Counted from the first letter of the stretch, positions 1-14,290 are shown. The stretch is DNA of 64,000 nt from Eledone cirrhosa (GCA_964016885.1 OZ024740.1:328848001-328912000); one strand, 5' to 3'. A program made the numbers and translations. Notes: generated from the letters alone by a model not told the origin.

Positions 1-852
1 AGACACTAAACTAGAGCAAGAAGAAAAGAGAGTTGAACGTTCTACAAAAAGTTAATTGTTCAAACTAAAGAGAGAGGTTTTGCTTAACCTGTATCATATT
101 TAAGCTATATACATACAACAGCGTTTAAATATTTATTTAATTAATTAATTAATGTCAATAGTTACTTAGTCTAGAATTTAATGTTGCTTAAAAACAATTC
201 AATCACTTTTAATATAACGTAACCTAATAATGTTAACTATTATATTTAAAAAAAAGAATGTAGTTAATATTGGCTACTGCTCAATATTGTGCAGCCTATG
301 ACATAGTGAAATTATCGATTTTAAAAATACTAATGTTCTACGTAATCGATATTAGTTATGCATTAATTTATTTTCCGATATTATTTTCATATAAAAATCT
401 GAAATAATTATTAAAAATCCGAAAATTTGTTTTTCTGATTTTGGTTCCTTTTCAAATAAAATTTTTCCTGCCTGAATTACATAATTACAATTTCTTTGTA
501 TTTCTGTGATGTTAGAATACTTGTATGTAAAGCAAATGATTACAACATACGCTTTTCTTCCCGATAAAGTAAAAAAAATTACCTTTTACTAAACCATAAT
601 AGTAAGTCGTATTTTAAGGTATATGGTTATTTATTTTTTCTCGTCTGATAAAAGCTTGTCCGTAAGACATGGATTGCACAAATACCCAAACCCAGTGAAT
701 ATAAATAGGAATATGCAACAGAAAACGATATCAAATATGAAAAATTAACATCAAGTCTTCGTATTAATTCTTGTATTTTACTACGTTGTATACCAACCCG
801 TAATGACTTATACCATACCAACAGCACAATCGGTGTGGAGTGGAGTGCTTAT

Positions 853-2082
853 ATAAACTGGAAATATTCTACCAACTTGTAGAAAACTTATAATGAAACA
901 ATTGTTTGGAAAGAGAGATAAATTTTAATTATATCTCATATAAAATAATACAACTGGCTTTCCACAAAATACATATAGTTAGCACCCCAAACACTAAATT
1001 GGGATTATACTAACGTATATCCTAATGTTTGTTGAGTGAGATGGTTACCAGTCGGAGTTTAGCTTAAAGCTTTCTCTGTTATTGTATTAAATATTTTACT
1101 CTCGATTTGGCCAGAGATTTATATTTCCAGATGCCTTATAAACGTAACTTTCCGTATTTATTACTGTTATGAGATATTGTTTGTTATTTAAGTAACACTT
1201 CTCTGTTTTTAGCCTAAGAAAATATCTATATGCGTGTGTAATTAATACATGCATACATTTATTTTTTAAAAATTAATTGAGTTCTTAACACGCAGGATTG
1301 ATAATGATTTTGAAAAAACTAATTAACCCACGTGTATTAAATATTTTACTCTTAATTTGGCCAGAGATTTATATTTCCAGATGCCTTTTAAATGTAGCTT
1401 TCCGTATTTATTACTGTTATGAGATATTGTTTGTTATTTAGGTATCACTTCTCTGTTTTTAGCCTGAGAAAATATCTATATGCGTGTGTAATTAATACAT
1501 GCATACATTTATTTTTTTAAAATTAATTGAGTTCTTAACACGCAGGATTGATAATGTTTTTGAAAAAACTAATTAACCCACGTGTATATTATTTTACTTT
1601 TCTTGTGACTCGCGATTGTCTCCCTTTTCCGCTTTGTGACGCTATGATATTTCCTCAGTCTAAAGACTGCTGGAATTTCAAATTTGGCGGTCATTCGATG
1701 CGTCAAGGGATGACTTAGCGGACACGAAATATAACTGCGGTAAGAAATCTTTTCTTATATCAAAGTTTAATGGGCATCCACTGATGATTTATAAGTGCCC
1801 ACCTACATATATTCTTACAGGAAAATATGTTAGGCTTCTACATAAACTGGAAATATTCTCCCAACTTATAGAAAACTTATAATGAAACAATTGTTTGGAA
1901 AGAGAGATATATTTTAATTTTAATTATATCTCATATAAAATAATACAACTGGCTTTCCACAAAATACATATAGTTAGCATCCCAAACACTAAATTGGGAT
2001 TATACTAACGTATATCCTAATGTTTGTTGAGTGAGATGGTTACCAGTCGGAGTTTAGCTTAAAGCTTTCTCTGTTATTGTAT

Positions 2083-2089
<7 letters not shown>
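853..2089 (+). repeat. Dispersed direct repeat (~240 bp; 853-1094 and 1842-2089) enclosing a ~250 bp tandem duplication (1083-1332 / 1333-1587)
   Basis: Near-identical text 'ataaactggaaatattct...ctgttattgtattaaatat' occurs twice; 'tgtattaaatattttact...aattaacccacgtgtat' occurs twice in tandem. Confidence 0.9.
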
Positions 2090-2138
<49 letters not shown>

Positions 2139-2141
<3 letters not shown>

Positions 2142-2555
2142 AGTAATGTTGCTTGGATGCGTCCATAGGCGGTATGACGGTCGAGCACTCTGTTCTCCTT
2201 CAGAGTAGAGTATGATAATATGGAAAACGAAGAATCAGTGATGCATCATACCACAATTTATTACGTATTACAATTGTTTCTCCGGCGAACAGCTCGTGGT
2301 GCGATCTGTTTGTGGATCGAACCTGACTGTGGAGTCGCAAGTTCCTCAGATACGTCTAGTGATTTCGAAGCAAATCCTCTTTCTGCTGGACTCCGACCCT
2401 TCGAATTTCTATCATCTGCCATCATCCTGTTTGCGCGGCACTTCGATTGGTTGATAGTTCTTTGTGTTTGACCATTCAAATCTGCCCACTGACCATTTCC
2501 ATTCAGGCGTGTCACTTACCCTAAACCCGTCGGCAGAAATTACTGCAATGTGTAG
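2139..2555 (-). mobile_element. PLE pseudo-LTR-like non-coding unit with hammerhead (left arm of inverted pair)
   Basis: Diverged reverse complement of 3345-3758; abuts (TA)n; contains HHR motif. Confidence 0.7.
2263..2355 (-). ncRNA. Type I hammerhead ribozyme, long stem II, minimal palindromic stem III
   Basis: Minus strand reads acgtat-CTGAGGA-[~60 nt stem-loop]-GAAA-caatt-GTA-atacgt; 6-bp helix I; ACAATTGT palindrome. Confidence 0.8.
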
Positions 2556-2599
2556 GAGAGGTGTTATGAACTGTCTTGCCCTTCCCTGGTTTACCCGTC

Positions 2600-3330
2600 G
2601 TTCTACACATATACACCCACACACATATACAGACATTCCGAGCCATTGTACGCGCACGTATGTACGGGTGTGCCTATGTGTGTTTGTGTGTGTGTGCATG
2701 CATCGCACACGTGTGTACCCATATGTGTGTATGTGTGCGTATGCATGTGTGTGTATATGGGTATGTGTGTGCGTATATATATATATATATATATATATGT
2801 GTGCGTGTGTGTAAGAGTAGGCTCATATCAGTGCATATGTAATCACGTGTGCGTATCCTTGGGGCGCACACATATGTATATGTATGTAGATATGTATGTA
2901 TATATATATATATATATATATACCTGTGTGTGTATGTATGTACACACGTGTAGGGGGAATAATATATATATATCTATATATATATATGTGTGTGTGTGTC
3001 AGTGTGTGGGTAAGTATACATATATATATGTGTGTGTATGTATGTATATATATGTTTTTGTGTATATGTATGCGTGTGTATGTATGTATACATGTGTGTG
3101 TGTACAGAGAGGCACACACACACATGTATATATGCATATATACATGTGTGTGTGTGTGCCTCTCTGTGTGTGCATGCATGTGTATATTTGTGTGACTGTA
3201 TGTGTGTGTATATATAGATATGTGTATATGTTTCTGTAGGTACATGTGTGAACGCAAGCTCGCAAGCTATTCTGTTTGTGCCTGTCCGTGTTTCTGCGTG
3301 TGTGCGTGTGTGTGTGCGTGCGTGCGGGAG
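2600..3330. repeat. Compound (TG)n/(TA)n/(CA)n microsatellite tract
   Basis: Direct reading. Confidence 0.95.
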
Positions 3331-3344
3331 TGAGTATAGGGACA

Positions 3345-3758
3345 CACAGCAGTAATTTTGCGGATGGGACTTGGGGTGAGTGACAGCTCACGCCTAGATG
3401 GACAGTGGGCTGCTTCCAGTGGTCAGAACTATGATGACGTCACAAACCAGTGACTAATCGAAGGACGCGCAAACAGGATGAAGGTGGATGATATAGACTC
3501 GTAAGGTCGGAACCCTAGAGAAAGAGGATTGGCTCCGAAATCACTAGACGTGTCTGAGGAACCTGCGAATCCAGAGTCAGGTTCGATCCACAAACAGATC
3601 GCACCTCAAGCTGTTCGCCCGGGAAACAATTGTAATACCTAATACATTGAGTTCCGATGCATCACTGATTCTTCGTTTTCCTTTTTATCATACTCTGCTC
3701 CGTAGGAGCATAGAGTGCTCAACCGGCATACCGCCTATGGACGAATCCTAGCTACCAT
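3345..3758 (+). mobile_element. PLE pseudo-LTR-like non-coding unit with hammerhead (right arm of inverted pair)
   Basis: Diverged reverse complement of 2139-2555; ends at (TA)n. Confidence 0.7.
3548..3640 (+). ncRNA. Type I hammerhead ribozyme, long stem II
   Basis: acgtgt-CTGAGGA-acctgcgaa...cgatc cacaaaca gatcg...ttcgcccgg-GAAA-caatt-GTA-atacct. Confidence 0.75.
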
Positions 3759-4000
3759 ATATATATATATATATTAGCTTTGCAAGGTTTTTTTTTATAT
3801 GAAATCGTGTGTCGAAAGAAATATTGTTATACTTGGGGAGGGTCATATTGTTGAAATATTGCCAGAAATAAGAACACATTCACTGTTTGGTTGGTTTTCG
3901 CTTCTGTATCTTTTATATCGCCGTAGTTAATTTATTTGGCAATCAATGTTTATCATTGATTGACCAGTGGTTAAAAATATATATATAAATATATATATAT

Positions 4001-4905
4001 AGTCTATCAAAGTTCTTTCGTTGCACATCTGCAACATCATCAGTGGTACTATTATGTTTCCTCCTATTTTATTGTAATGTCTAAGCCATTTTTAATTAAT
4101 TAATTTATTTTTTATTTCTTCTTGTCTCTGTCTCTGCGCATGTGTTTGTGTGTCTGTATAATGTTTGGTGTGTGTGTTCGCGTTTGAGTGTATGTGATTT
4201 TGTTTTTGTATTCTACCTTTGTTCACTAGTGTGTGTTTATATGTGTTTGTTGTTATTGTACCTGTGTATATATTTATTTATCTATATTTCCCTTAAGTCA
4301 GTATTGTTTGTTTGGGTATGGCTGTTGTTGTTATTCCATTCATTTTTTCTGTTTAACTTTGGTCTTCTTAGCTCTGTCTCAGTTGCTTCTCTGATTTGCC
4401 TAGCTGTTGAGTCATTTCTATGCTTAGATATTATTTTAATTTCTATGTTGTTTATATTACCGTCATGTCTTTGTCTGGCGTGTTCATATAGTACTGAACC
4501 GTTTTTATTTTGTCCTTTTAGTCCCCCCCTCCAGTGTTGGTCTATTCTTTCTCCTATGGTTCCAGCTATCTCGTTGTCCTGTTTCTGCAAGTACCCTCTA
4601 TACATCTTATGCTATAGACTACATTTCTAGTTTTACAATTTATCTGGGGGTTCATTTTATATATAACACATTTCTTATTTGTACAGTGGGTTTTCTTAAA
4701 GGGGTATGTTTTGCTGATCAGAGATTTTATGGTAGTTCCTGGTTTTTCTACCACTTTAATCTTTAGATGGGTCTTTCTTAGGGCCTTTCTACGTTAGTTA
4801 GCTAATTTCCCTCCAGGGGTAGCATCCACGAACATGATACTCTATTATCTCTGGTTATCGTACCATGAAGTGGCTTTCCCTATTTTATGTTTAGTCCTAT
4901 CTAAG
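4001..4905 (-). mobile_element. 5'-truncated Penelope-like element: degraded GIY-YIG endonuclease (about 4282-4905) plus 3' region
   Basis: Frameshifted ORFs VEKPGTTIKSLISKTYPFKKTHCTNKKC..NCKTRNVVYSIRC and TIGERIDQHW..SVLYEHARQRH..RQIREA..RPKLN are typical PLE endonuclease motifs. Confidence 0.8.
4005..4050 (-). ncRNA. Degenerate minimal hammerhead ribozyme in PLE 3' end
   Basis: gtacca-CTGATGA-t-GTTGCA gatg TGCAAC-GAAA-gaac-tt-tgata; perfect stem II, helix I partly decayed. Confidence 0.6.
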
Positions 4906-5066
4906 CTGGTCAATCAATGATAAGCATTGATTGCCAAATAAATTGACTATGGAGATATAAGAGATACAGAAGCGAAAACCAACCAAACCAGTCAGTGTGT
5001 TCTATTTTTATTTCTGGCAATATTACAATGATATGACCCTCCCAAAATATAACAATATATATATAT

Positions 5067-6929
5067 TAAGGGAGTACAGTAGTCCTAATGGAGACAGAAT
5101 TCTATATCAACTTAGCGCTCTCCACTTTGGAAAACGAAACATACTACGAAAAGGCTGAACACTACAATCAACAGAAAATTATGAGAAACCTAAAAACTCT
5201 GATCAACCAATACAAAGAAGGACTCACTAACAAGGAATTCAGCTACATCACAGACTTCACAAGCAAATCCACCCTTTTCTACGGTATCCCTAAAGTACAT
5301 AAAAGCAAATTAATAAGTAAGGCATGCAAGGAAGCCACAGACATAGTCATCAATGTCCCCTCACCCAATGATCTCAAATTAAGACCTATAATAGCAGGCC
5401 CCGCTTGCGAAACCACCGCCTTAGCAACTTCATTGATACCCTTCTCAAGCCTTTTCTCAAACACATCAAAAGCTATATAAGGGACGACCTAGATATTCTC
5501 AATCACCTCCCTAATATGTCCCTTTCTGAACAAACCCTACTAGTGACGTTCGATGTAATCAACCTATACTCCAACATCCCCCACAACCTAGGAATAGAAG
5601 CTATCCAATTCTGGCTGGATAATTACCACAATGAACTCCCACAAGGCATCAAAAAAGAATTCGTGATAGAGGGACTCAAATTTATCTTGGAGAACAATTT
5701 CTTCGTTTTCAATAAAAAACCCTACAGGCATACATCTGGGACCGCTATGGGAACGAAAACAGCTCCACTTATGCCAACCTAGTCATGGGATACCTGGAAA
5801 TCACCCTCTACACTAAAGTCCTAAACAAATTTGGAAACACTCTCCACTTACACATAGAAAGGAACTGGAAGCGATATCTAGATGACTGCTTCATCCTTTG
5901 GCACGAAAACATCGAGAAACTTAAAGAATTTCACACCCTTATAAATGGGCTCAACACGAATATTAACTTCACGATGGAATACAGCAACTCCCCTTCAACG
6001 ACATCCTCATTAAGATCCATAACAAAAAAATAGAAACAGACATATACTATAAGCCCACAGACTCCAAGCAATATCTTCCTTTCAACTCTTGCCACCATAG
6101 ACACGTTAAAATTAATATTCCCTACAACTTAGCCAAGAGAATCTGTACTATAGTCTCCAGTAAAAACACCTGCTACTTACGGCTACAAGAACTAAAGGAC
6201 ACACTCATAGGCAGGGACTACCCTGAATCACTAATTGACCATGGAATCCAACGTGCCCTAAAACTCAGTACCCAGGACCTTAGACACCCTAAAGTAAATC
6301 AACCAAAACTAAAAGCTCTTCCATACATCTCCACACACAACCCCCTCAACAATGAGGCCTTTGACACCATCCTCCAGAACATCCCTGTGTTGAAAAAGAA
6401 CCATAGAATGAACCAAATCCTACGAACACACGATATCATAAAGAGCAAAAGACAATCTAAGTCAATGAAAAACACCCTAACACATGCCAAAGTACTGCCA
6501 ACCACAACAACGAAACCCACAGTAAAAAAATGCGATAGACCCAACTGTGGCATATGCATCAACCTAATAGAGGGTTCGGAATTGTATTTCAAAGAAGGAC
6601 AACGTTTTATAGTAAAACACAATTTCACATGGGCATCAGAAAATCTAATATATGTATTAACTTGCTCAGGTTGTCTAGAACAATACATAGGCCAGACCAA
6701 AAACAGCCTCCGCCAACGCATGACTGTCCATAGATCCCTAATTAAAATACGGGAATACAGGAAAATACCACTGAGTGAACACATTGATACCTGTGCCGCC
6801 CAATATCATCCCAACTTCAGAATCTTTCCCCTCTACAAATTTAAAGATAATGCCACCCACACCCAGCGCATCAGCAAGGAATCTCACTTTATTAACAAAT
6901 ACGGACCCCGTCTAAACACTTCTCCCTAA
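5067..6929 (+). pseudogene. Penelope-like element RT + GIY-YIG endonuclease (frameshifted, 5' truncated)
   Basis: [44 protein letters not shown] (RT); CDRPNCGIC, NLIYVLTC..QYIGQT..RQRM..H (GIY-YIG/CCHH). Confidence 0.95.
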
Positions 6930-7567
6930 GACGAACCAACAGCATACACACGTCAACATACACACCTACATCAGCATACATCTCCATCCACATATAAACA
7001 CAATGACATACGTAAACACACATGTCCTATGGTGCAACACAAATATACACTAATTTGCATACCTTTTGATGTCTATAGATATAAACGTGCCGACACACAC
7101 ACATACATAAACGCACACATACATTGCACACTGATGGGCACATACATATTTGTACAATAGTATTCCAATACGGCAAGGCCTAATGGATTCCCCTTGCAGT
7201 ACGTACAGTCTGGACACTCACACACACCTTGGTATTATGCCAATACTATATATCATTTCACACCTTTTATTATTAAGGTTTTTGATGTTCTATTGAGAGA
7301 ATCGTTTTTACTGAAAATATCGAATAATGTACACCATTTTTACCAGTATCACACAAATACTGGTCCACCCCCACACACACACATTCTCACACACACACAT
7401 ATATACACACACACATACACACGCGTACATTAACATATACATACACACACACACACACTTCTCCGTATAAGACAAGAGCTGAAAAATATCTTTTAACATG
7501 TTAAAATATCCCCCACACACGTACAGACACATTCCTACTGACCATCCCTCTACCACGAATTACTCTG

Positions 7568-7603
<36 letters not shown>

Positions 7604-7703
7604 CTCTTAATAGGCATTTGAACTGTCAACAGGCTGCGGTTCGCACACACATCCCTGCTAACCATTATCACAACAACGAACCTCTTTACTACTACTACTA
7701 CTA

Positions 7704-7745
<42 letters not shown>

Positions 7746-7766
7746 TTGTTTTGAAAGACTTATTTT

Positions 7767-7882
7767 TCATATTAAAGGACAAAATTAAAGTTAAAATTAA
7801 CATAAAACATTGGCTGTAACCATCAGGCGGAACTGCCAATGTTGTATTTTAATTTTAACTTTAATCTTGTCCTTTAATATGA
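7767..7882. repeat. Hairpin with ~48 bp arms at the 5' end of a pseudo-LTR
   Basis: tcatattaaaggacaaaattaaagttaaaattaacataaaacattggc ... gccaatgttgtattttaattttaactttaatcttgtcctttaatatga. Confidence 0.85.
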
Positions 7883-8262
7883 CTGTAATCTTTGTATGTA
7901 AATTGCCATGCGATATTGTTATAATGGATGTCAACTCACTGTGCGTCAATATATACATATGTTTCTATATGTCTCTTGTGTTGGAAAGGAGGTCAAGTAT
8001 GTAAAAAATCACTGAAAAATTGCTCCGAAGACTCCAAACCTGGGTTTGGAAGAAACAAATGTAAGCAAATAAATGATTTAAACAGAACTTTGATTCATGT
8101 AATTTCTATATAACTGCTCTGCAAAACAACTGATGTTGTTACATTGAGCTATTTATCTTACTGGTAATAAGGTAGTAATAAATTACTGTCTTTCACTATT
8201 AAAATATATATAACTATAAAAGATTTTAGTATATACATAACCATAAATAGTATCCTTAATAC
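7831..8262 (+). mobile_element. PLE pseudo-LTR family A copy (other copies 23686-24115 minus, ~24390-24560 plus, 15200-15330 minus partial)
   Basis: Shared text 'tgtctcttgtgttggaaag..ttgctccgaagactccaaac..aacagaactttgattcatgt..tcttactggtaataa'. Confidence 0.85.
8020..8068 (+). ncRNA. Minimal type I hammerhead, U4C core (family A)
   Basis: ttgct-CCGAAGA-c-tccaaacc tg ggtttgga-a-GAAA-caaat-GTA-agcaa. Confidence 0.75.
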
Positions 8263-8318
8263 TATATATATATATATATATAAATATATATGTATTTATA
8301 TATATGTATATATATACT

Positions 8319-8405
<87 letters not shown>

Positions 8406-8559
8406 TTCATTACATGTGTGCCTGATGGTTACGCTTAAACCGTTTCAATGTTTTTCTGTTGGGATTTATAATGTTTAAAAACCTTGGTAGAGGAATGTTA
8501 GTATAATTTTCTGTCTCTCAATTATGATATTTCGTCTCCGTTCGACAATCTCCCCCCCC

Positions 8560-8680
<121 letters not shown>

Positions 8681-11600
8681 TTATTTATCTCTATCGTTGT
8701 ATCTATATATCTACCTCTCTACTGGCACACCTATTTATCTCTCACCATCGAATTTGCGTATAATTACCTTTCCTATATATACTCTCTTTTTCTCTCTACA
8801 CAAATGCATACAGACACACACATGCATGTATACATAAAGTATACACCTACACACATACATGTGTGTATCTATGTGTATTTGTGTGTGTGTTGCCGTATTT
8901 CCATATGGATTTGTGTATATTTACGATATGAATATCTGTGAGTGTGTTTATATGCATAATCATGTGCATATAAATACATTTCTCTTCTATTTGTTATCAT
9001 GTCTGCAAATGTGTACCGTGAGAAAATATCTTAATAACCTCTACAACTGCCCAAATCCCAGGGATTACATATGTATGAATATATAACATTAACGTCAGTT
9101 GTCAAACGAAATAATATTCTTTAGCTGAATATTTTAGCTTCTTTTCTAGCGATTTTCGCTCTCAAATTATATTTATTCTTTCTCCCAAGTTATCCTCTCA
9201 ACCAAAATTACTCTCGTCGCAATGTTTGCTTTCTTGGCGTTCAACAATTTTCTGTGTCAGCTTTTTTTTTCTCTTCTGAAGAAACGGTCGCCTTCTTTGA
9301 TTATAAGAAAACAAGAAATAATACTGGCAAATATAAGCTCATATACAGCATCATGATTTGATTGAGAAGCATGATTAATGATATGGATATTCTTTTTTTA
9401 AGTATATTCTAATGTCAATCTTCAAACAGAAGTCGGAATATTCCGACGAATATCAGTCAACATTAAAAGAGTAATTATCATTTACTGTCTCTTACACAAA
9501 TAGAAAGAAGGAGAAAAAATCGTCAAGAAGAATACAACAAAACATAAAATAGTCTGAAATGCAGAGCACATTAAAAACATGGAATCCTAGTATTAAAAAA
9601 TGTAGCGCATGAGATAATTAAAAGGCAGCAAGCGGAAAACCTTTCCAATGAATATTGAGTTAATCTACCACAAAACATTGCCGTCATAAAACTGGCATCA
9701 CCAAGGCAGTCTCATAGTGTTGTCTCTTATATTCTATTCTATTTTATTTATTTATTTAGCTGAACAGCTTTATGTTGAAGGTAATTCCCACAAATTATGG
9801 CATTAACTTGACCGAATGAAAAATTTATAGAATCTAGTAGTTTCCTTAAAGAAAATTGTGGAAAAAATAGAGGGTTGTGAAGAGAGGGTGAAGGAAGAGA
9901 GGGAAAGAGAGGGAGGAAGAAAACTAGGACGAGAAAAGACAAAGAGAGTGAAAGAGGAAACGAGAAAGACAGATAAAACGAAAGAGACACAGAAGCAGAG
10001 AAATGGAAAAAGAACGGGGAAAAAGAGAAAGAAAAATGTAGAAATCATAAAACAGAACGGGAGAGACGGTATGGCAAGGAGAGAGAGAGAGAGAAAGAAG
10101 GAGTCAAAAAGAGTAAAAGAAAAAAATGAAAGTATTCGGTAGCGTGAGATAGCGAAAGAGGAAGGATGTTTAAAGAGGGAAAGAATGTATTAGAAAGAAA
10201 ACAGCGTTATTGAATGTTCCAGAAATATATATAAAAAATAGTGTAAATGTGGGAGACAGGAATGAGAATTATAAAAGAAATAAAGTGAAAGACTTTTTAG
10301 AGTTTTTGTTACTTTTTCTGATCTATGGGAAACCATTAAGCAAGATTCTAATGGCACCGAAATTTTGGTTTCATGCGTAAACTGTGCTGGAAGTTATATC
10401 CATATTAAATTTGGATGCTTCAAGTTTGGTGAATATATAAAAAGAAGCAATTATAAAAATATAAATATCAATCAGAAAATATGGTTCTATCAATAAATAA
10501 AAATATTTACAAGTGTTTTTCACTATAATTCATAGGGAACAAAAATAATAATAATATATATATATTATTTCAACACTGCTACTTTCAATATCAAACAAGA
10601 CATTTTCTAACAGCCATTCAATCACTTTTCAGTATTTTTTCTTCATTACTGTATGTTTAGTAAAGAAGGGTTACTACCCCTGACTTTTGCAAATATTTCA
10701 GAAATTTATTGATTAAAAGGGGAAATTACAGCTCTCCAACATCATGCTATATAATTATCTAGGGATATCTAGAAAAACTTGCTTAGAGGTTAACGTTGTT
10801 AGATTAGACAGTGTAAAGAGCTTTATTCACTTGGTTGAGCTGACATCTTATAGCTTAGAGACAGAAATATAATAGTGCATCAGGTTTCAATTTTCTATAC
10901 GGTAAAAAATTTATTTCTGAGTTTAAATCGAAGAAAACATTAATTCTATTTATTAAGATTGTTTCGCATCAAATACAATTTTCTCCATAACCTTCCTTAT
11001 TTCTTTTACAATATCTAATATTTAATGTTCGTATTACAGTATTGCTTTTAGTCTCACATGCACTATGATACTATATTCTAACGATCAATTTTACTTTAAC
11101 TAATACATATATAGATAATTATTGGAGTCTTTGATCAATCCATTATACATCAGACCTTTTATATTATTCACTAATAATTGTAAAACACTTAGGTGATTAC
11201 AAAAAAACGGAGTACATATTCTAGGCTGTTAATTTGGTAGAGTCGTTACATTAGAGAAGATGTTTCCGTCTTTCAGCTCTACGTGTTCTAATCTGTTCCT
11301 GACCAGCTGGTCGATAAAATGAAATACTAGCCAAGAGTGATGGATTGGTGGAGCTGTTAGAGCTTTGGATGACATGCATTGCAGTATTTGTTCCGGAATT
11401 TATGTCCTGAGTTTAAATCATACTGTGATCTATTTTGTTGGTTGACATAATCCGCCACCCGGCTTAACACTTCCATCCGCTCTTTAAATGTGTTTAGCAA
11501 AGGTGACTTTATTGCAAGTTAACAGACGGAGAATAGCTTTACCTTCCTTGTCATAAGTCTTGGAGTTTTTGCCTTTCCATTCCTAGCTAAACAGAAAAAG

Positions 11601-11696
11601 AAATAGCAATAGAAAATATGTCTTCTATCATTTGCGTAAATGAATCTCTCTCTCGCTATCTCCCTCTCTCCTTCTCCCCCTATCTCTCCCTCTCTC

Positions 11697-11734
<38 letters not shown>

Positions 11735-11745
11735 CAGAGAGAGAG

Positions 11746-11832
<87 letters not shown>

Positions 11833-14238
11833 ACAAAGAGGGAGGGATATATATATATATAATCACGCTCTCTAAATATGGCAAGAGGATAGAAAACTTC
11901 AACCACCCGAAATTAAACGTAATTTCAAATTCGAAATATTCTTTGGGGCGTTCAGGTGATGGTAAAAAAAACAAGGTAAAGAGCCTATATAACTTTGGGT
12001 TATCGAATCTTTTGAAATATTTAAGAAAATGCATGGGGATGGGCCTTGCCAACTTTGTGAAAGCACCAGATATATTTCTGTGTTATTAGATATTCTCTGT
12101 GAACTATATTAACTTAGCTATTTTGATTAGACGAAAATTGATCATATATAACGGTCAAACAGAAAATGGAAAAGAAATACTTCTGTGTATTTCTGTGTCT
12201 TTACGTGTGTGCATTTGTATGTGTATGTGGGTGTGTGCTTGTGCGCACGGTTGTAATGTGTCAAACAAAAATACTCTGCGTTATTTCCGCCCACAAATGT
12301 GCATAACTCAATACGTGTGTGCACTTCCGTATTCGATAAATAGAGAGGGGGAAACTGAGTAAAAAGCATAAGTATTAGGATGATATATTTGAGAAAAAGC
12401 CTTCGAAAGTGATGCCTGGCATATGTAATTGAATAAATGATATCCATAGGTTGAATGGTTTTAATAGATGTTGCGCTTGATCAAGATTGATTTGTTTTCT
12501 AATTTACTCACAAGAACATCAATTTTTGTGGGAAGGGAAAGTCGATTAAATCGACCCCACTACTTGACTTGTAGTATATTTTACCGAGCTTAGAAGGAAG
12601 AAAAAGCAATGTTAATTCAAGCAGAATTTGAACTCAGCTGTAATTAAATACGCTGACGCTCTAATGACTCTCCCAATAAAAAATACCTATTTTTGTTGTT
12701 CTGGTTCTTGTTTAACACCGGACCAGGCCAAATTCACAAACTCATATTAGAAGAAATTCTATCATTGATCATCGCGTTATTTTGTTCCAATATATTTTAT
12801 CTAATATGTAATGATATGAAATAAATGCTGTTTCTACCAGGTTCAATGTTGAACGATCACATTGAAGCATGGACATTGACCTCTAAAAACACTCATTAAT
12901 ATATATTCACGGTTACAGATAATATCTTTTGGTGGGGGTGTAGGTGATTTCATACATCATTAGTATACCAACGAATCCCCGACGATGCTCAGTAAAACTG
13001 ATGGAATATGTACGAATCACTTACTATGTATTAAATATTGGTGGGATATGAAATCACAATGGTAGTTTCTTCGATATTATATTGATTATGGGTCACTTGA
13101 GTTTGTATGTATGCACGTGAGTGCACGCTTTTTATATCTATATGAAAACATTTGAATACAATGAAAATTTGATGGAAATGAACTAGACATATCATCCTAA
13201 TCTCCTGTAAATACTAACCTACTATTGTTATAAATGATCAGATTGGTAAGGACTGTAATGTGGATTAAGACAACACCAACAACAACAAAGATAGCAAAAG
13301 AAGAAATATTTATCAGAATGACTTCTAATTTTAACTAAAGTAATTTTAGTGATGAGGTAAAATTCGATTAAATCGACAAACTTTTAACTGGTACTTCATT
13401 TAATTAACTGAGGTCAAGATAGAAGCGTCCACGTCCTGCGAATATCAATAAAATCAACAAAGTTTTGTAACTGACACTCTTGTAGACACGACAAGAAGAA
13501 CAATTTAATTAACTTGAGAAGGATTGAAAATCATTGGTAATGCTCAGTGGGATTTTGACTCAGAACTCTGCTGCAAAGCATCTTTCCAATACCTCCACTC
13601 CTCATATAATTAACTATAATAAAATAATAATTACTGTAATTAACATGAGACCAAAATGTTAAGTTTAAAACTAGCTATTAATATTTTCCGGTCATGGGTT
13701 AGCACTGATTGAGGCAAAATATGATTAACATCATTCAAACCGCAAGGATGACGCCTAGAATTATACCGTTCAATGACTCTAGCATTTTTATCAGGTTATA
13801 ATATCATTTAAAAGATAATTGGCCGTTATGTTGAGTAGGTTGGGCTACTACATAGAGAATCCATCAGGTGCTTGTAGAAACAAATTTTAGTTTGGGATTT
13901 GAATATGTTTTGTATGTTGCAGAATAAAACATATTTCAATGTTGCAGCATATATATGAATAGACATTACTTCGATGCGGAACGATATAGTTGGCTTAATT
14001 CTTTCGTACACCTGGAAGTAACTTAATGCTGTATCATGTTTGCATCTTAAGTGTATTTGGGAAATGAAAATAGATAAGCTGATAAACTGATCAAATTAAT
14101 TAAATTCAACTAAATTGAATCTCAATTGCTTGATAGGTATGGTATTATAATATAACTCATATAAACTAAACACAAGCACGCACACGCGTCCACACACGCG
14201 CGATGCGAATGCACACACAAACACTTACACACACACTT

Positions 14239-14290
<52 letters not shown>

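Larger units (their letters stand above)
3821..5058. repeat. ~150 bp inverted repeats (3821-3967 / 4906-5058) bracketing a PLE fragment
   Basis: 'atattgttat...ttgattgaccag' versus 'ctggtcaatcaa...ataacaatat'. Confidence 0.85.

Noticed and set aside
627-827. Host exon candidates (also 11880-12060)
   Set aside because: No recognisable homology or consistent splice structure
8410-8530. Minus-strand half hammerhead (GAAACGGTT..AACCATC-AGGC)
   Set aside because: No matching CUGAnGA with helix I partner upstream; too incomplete to call
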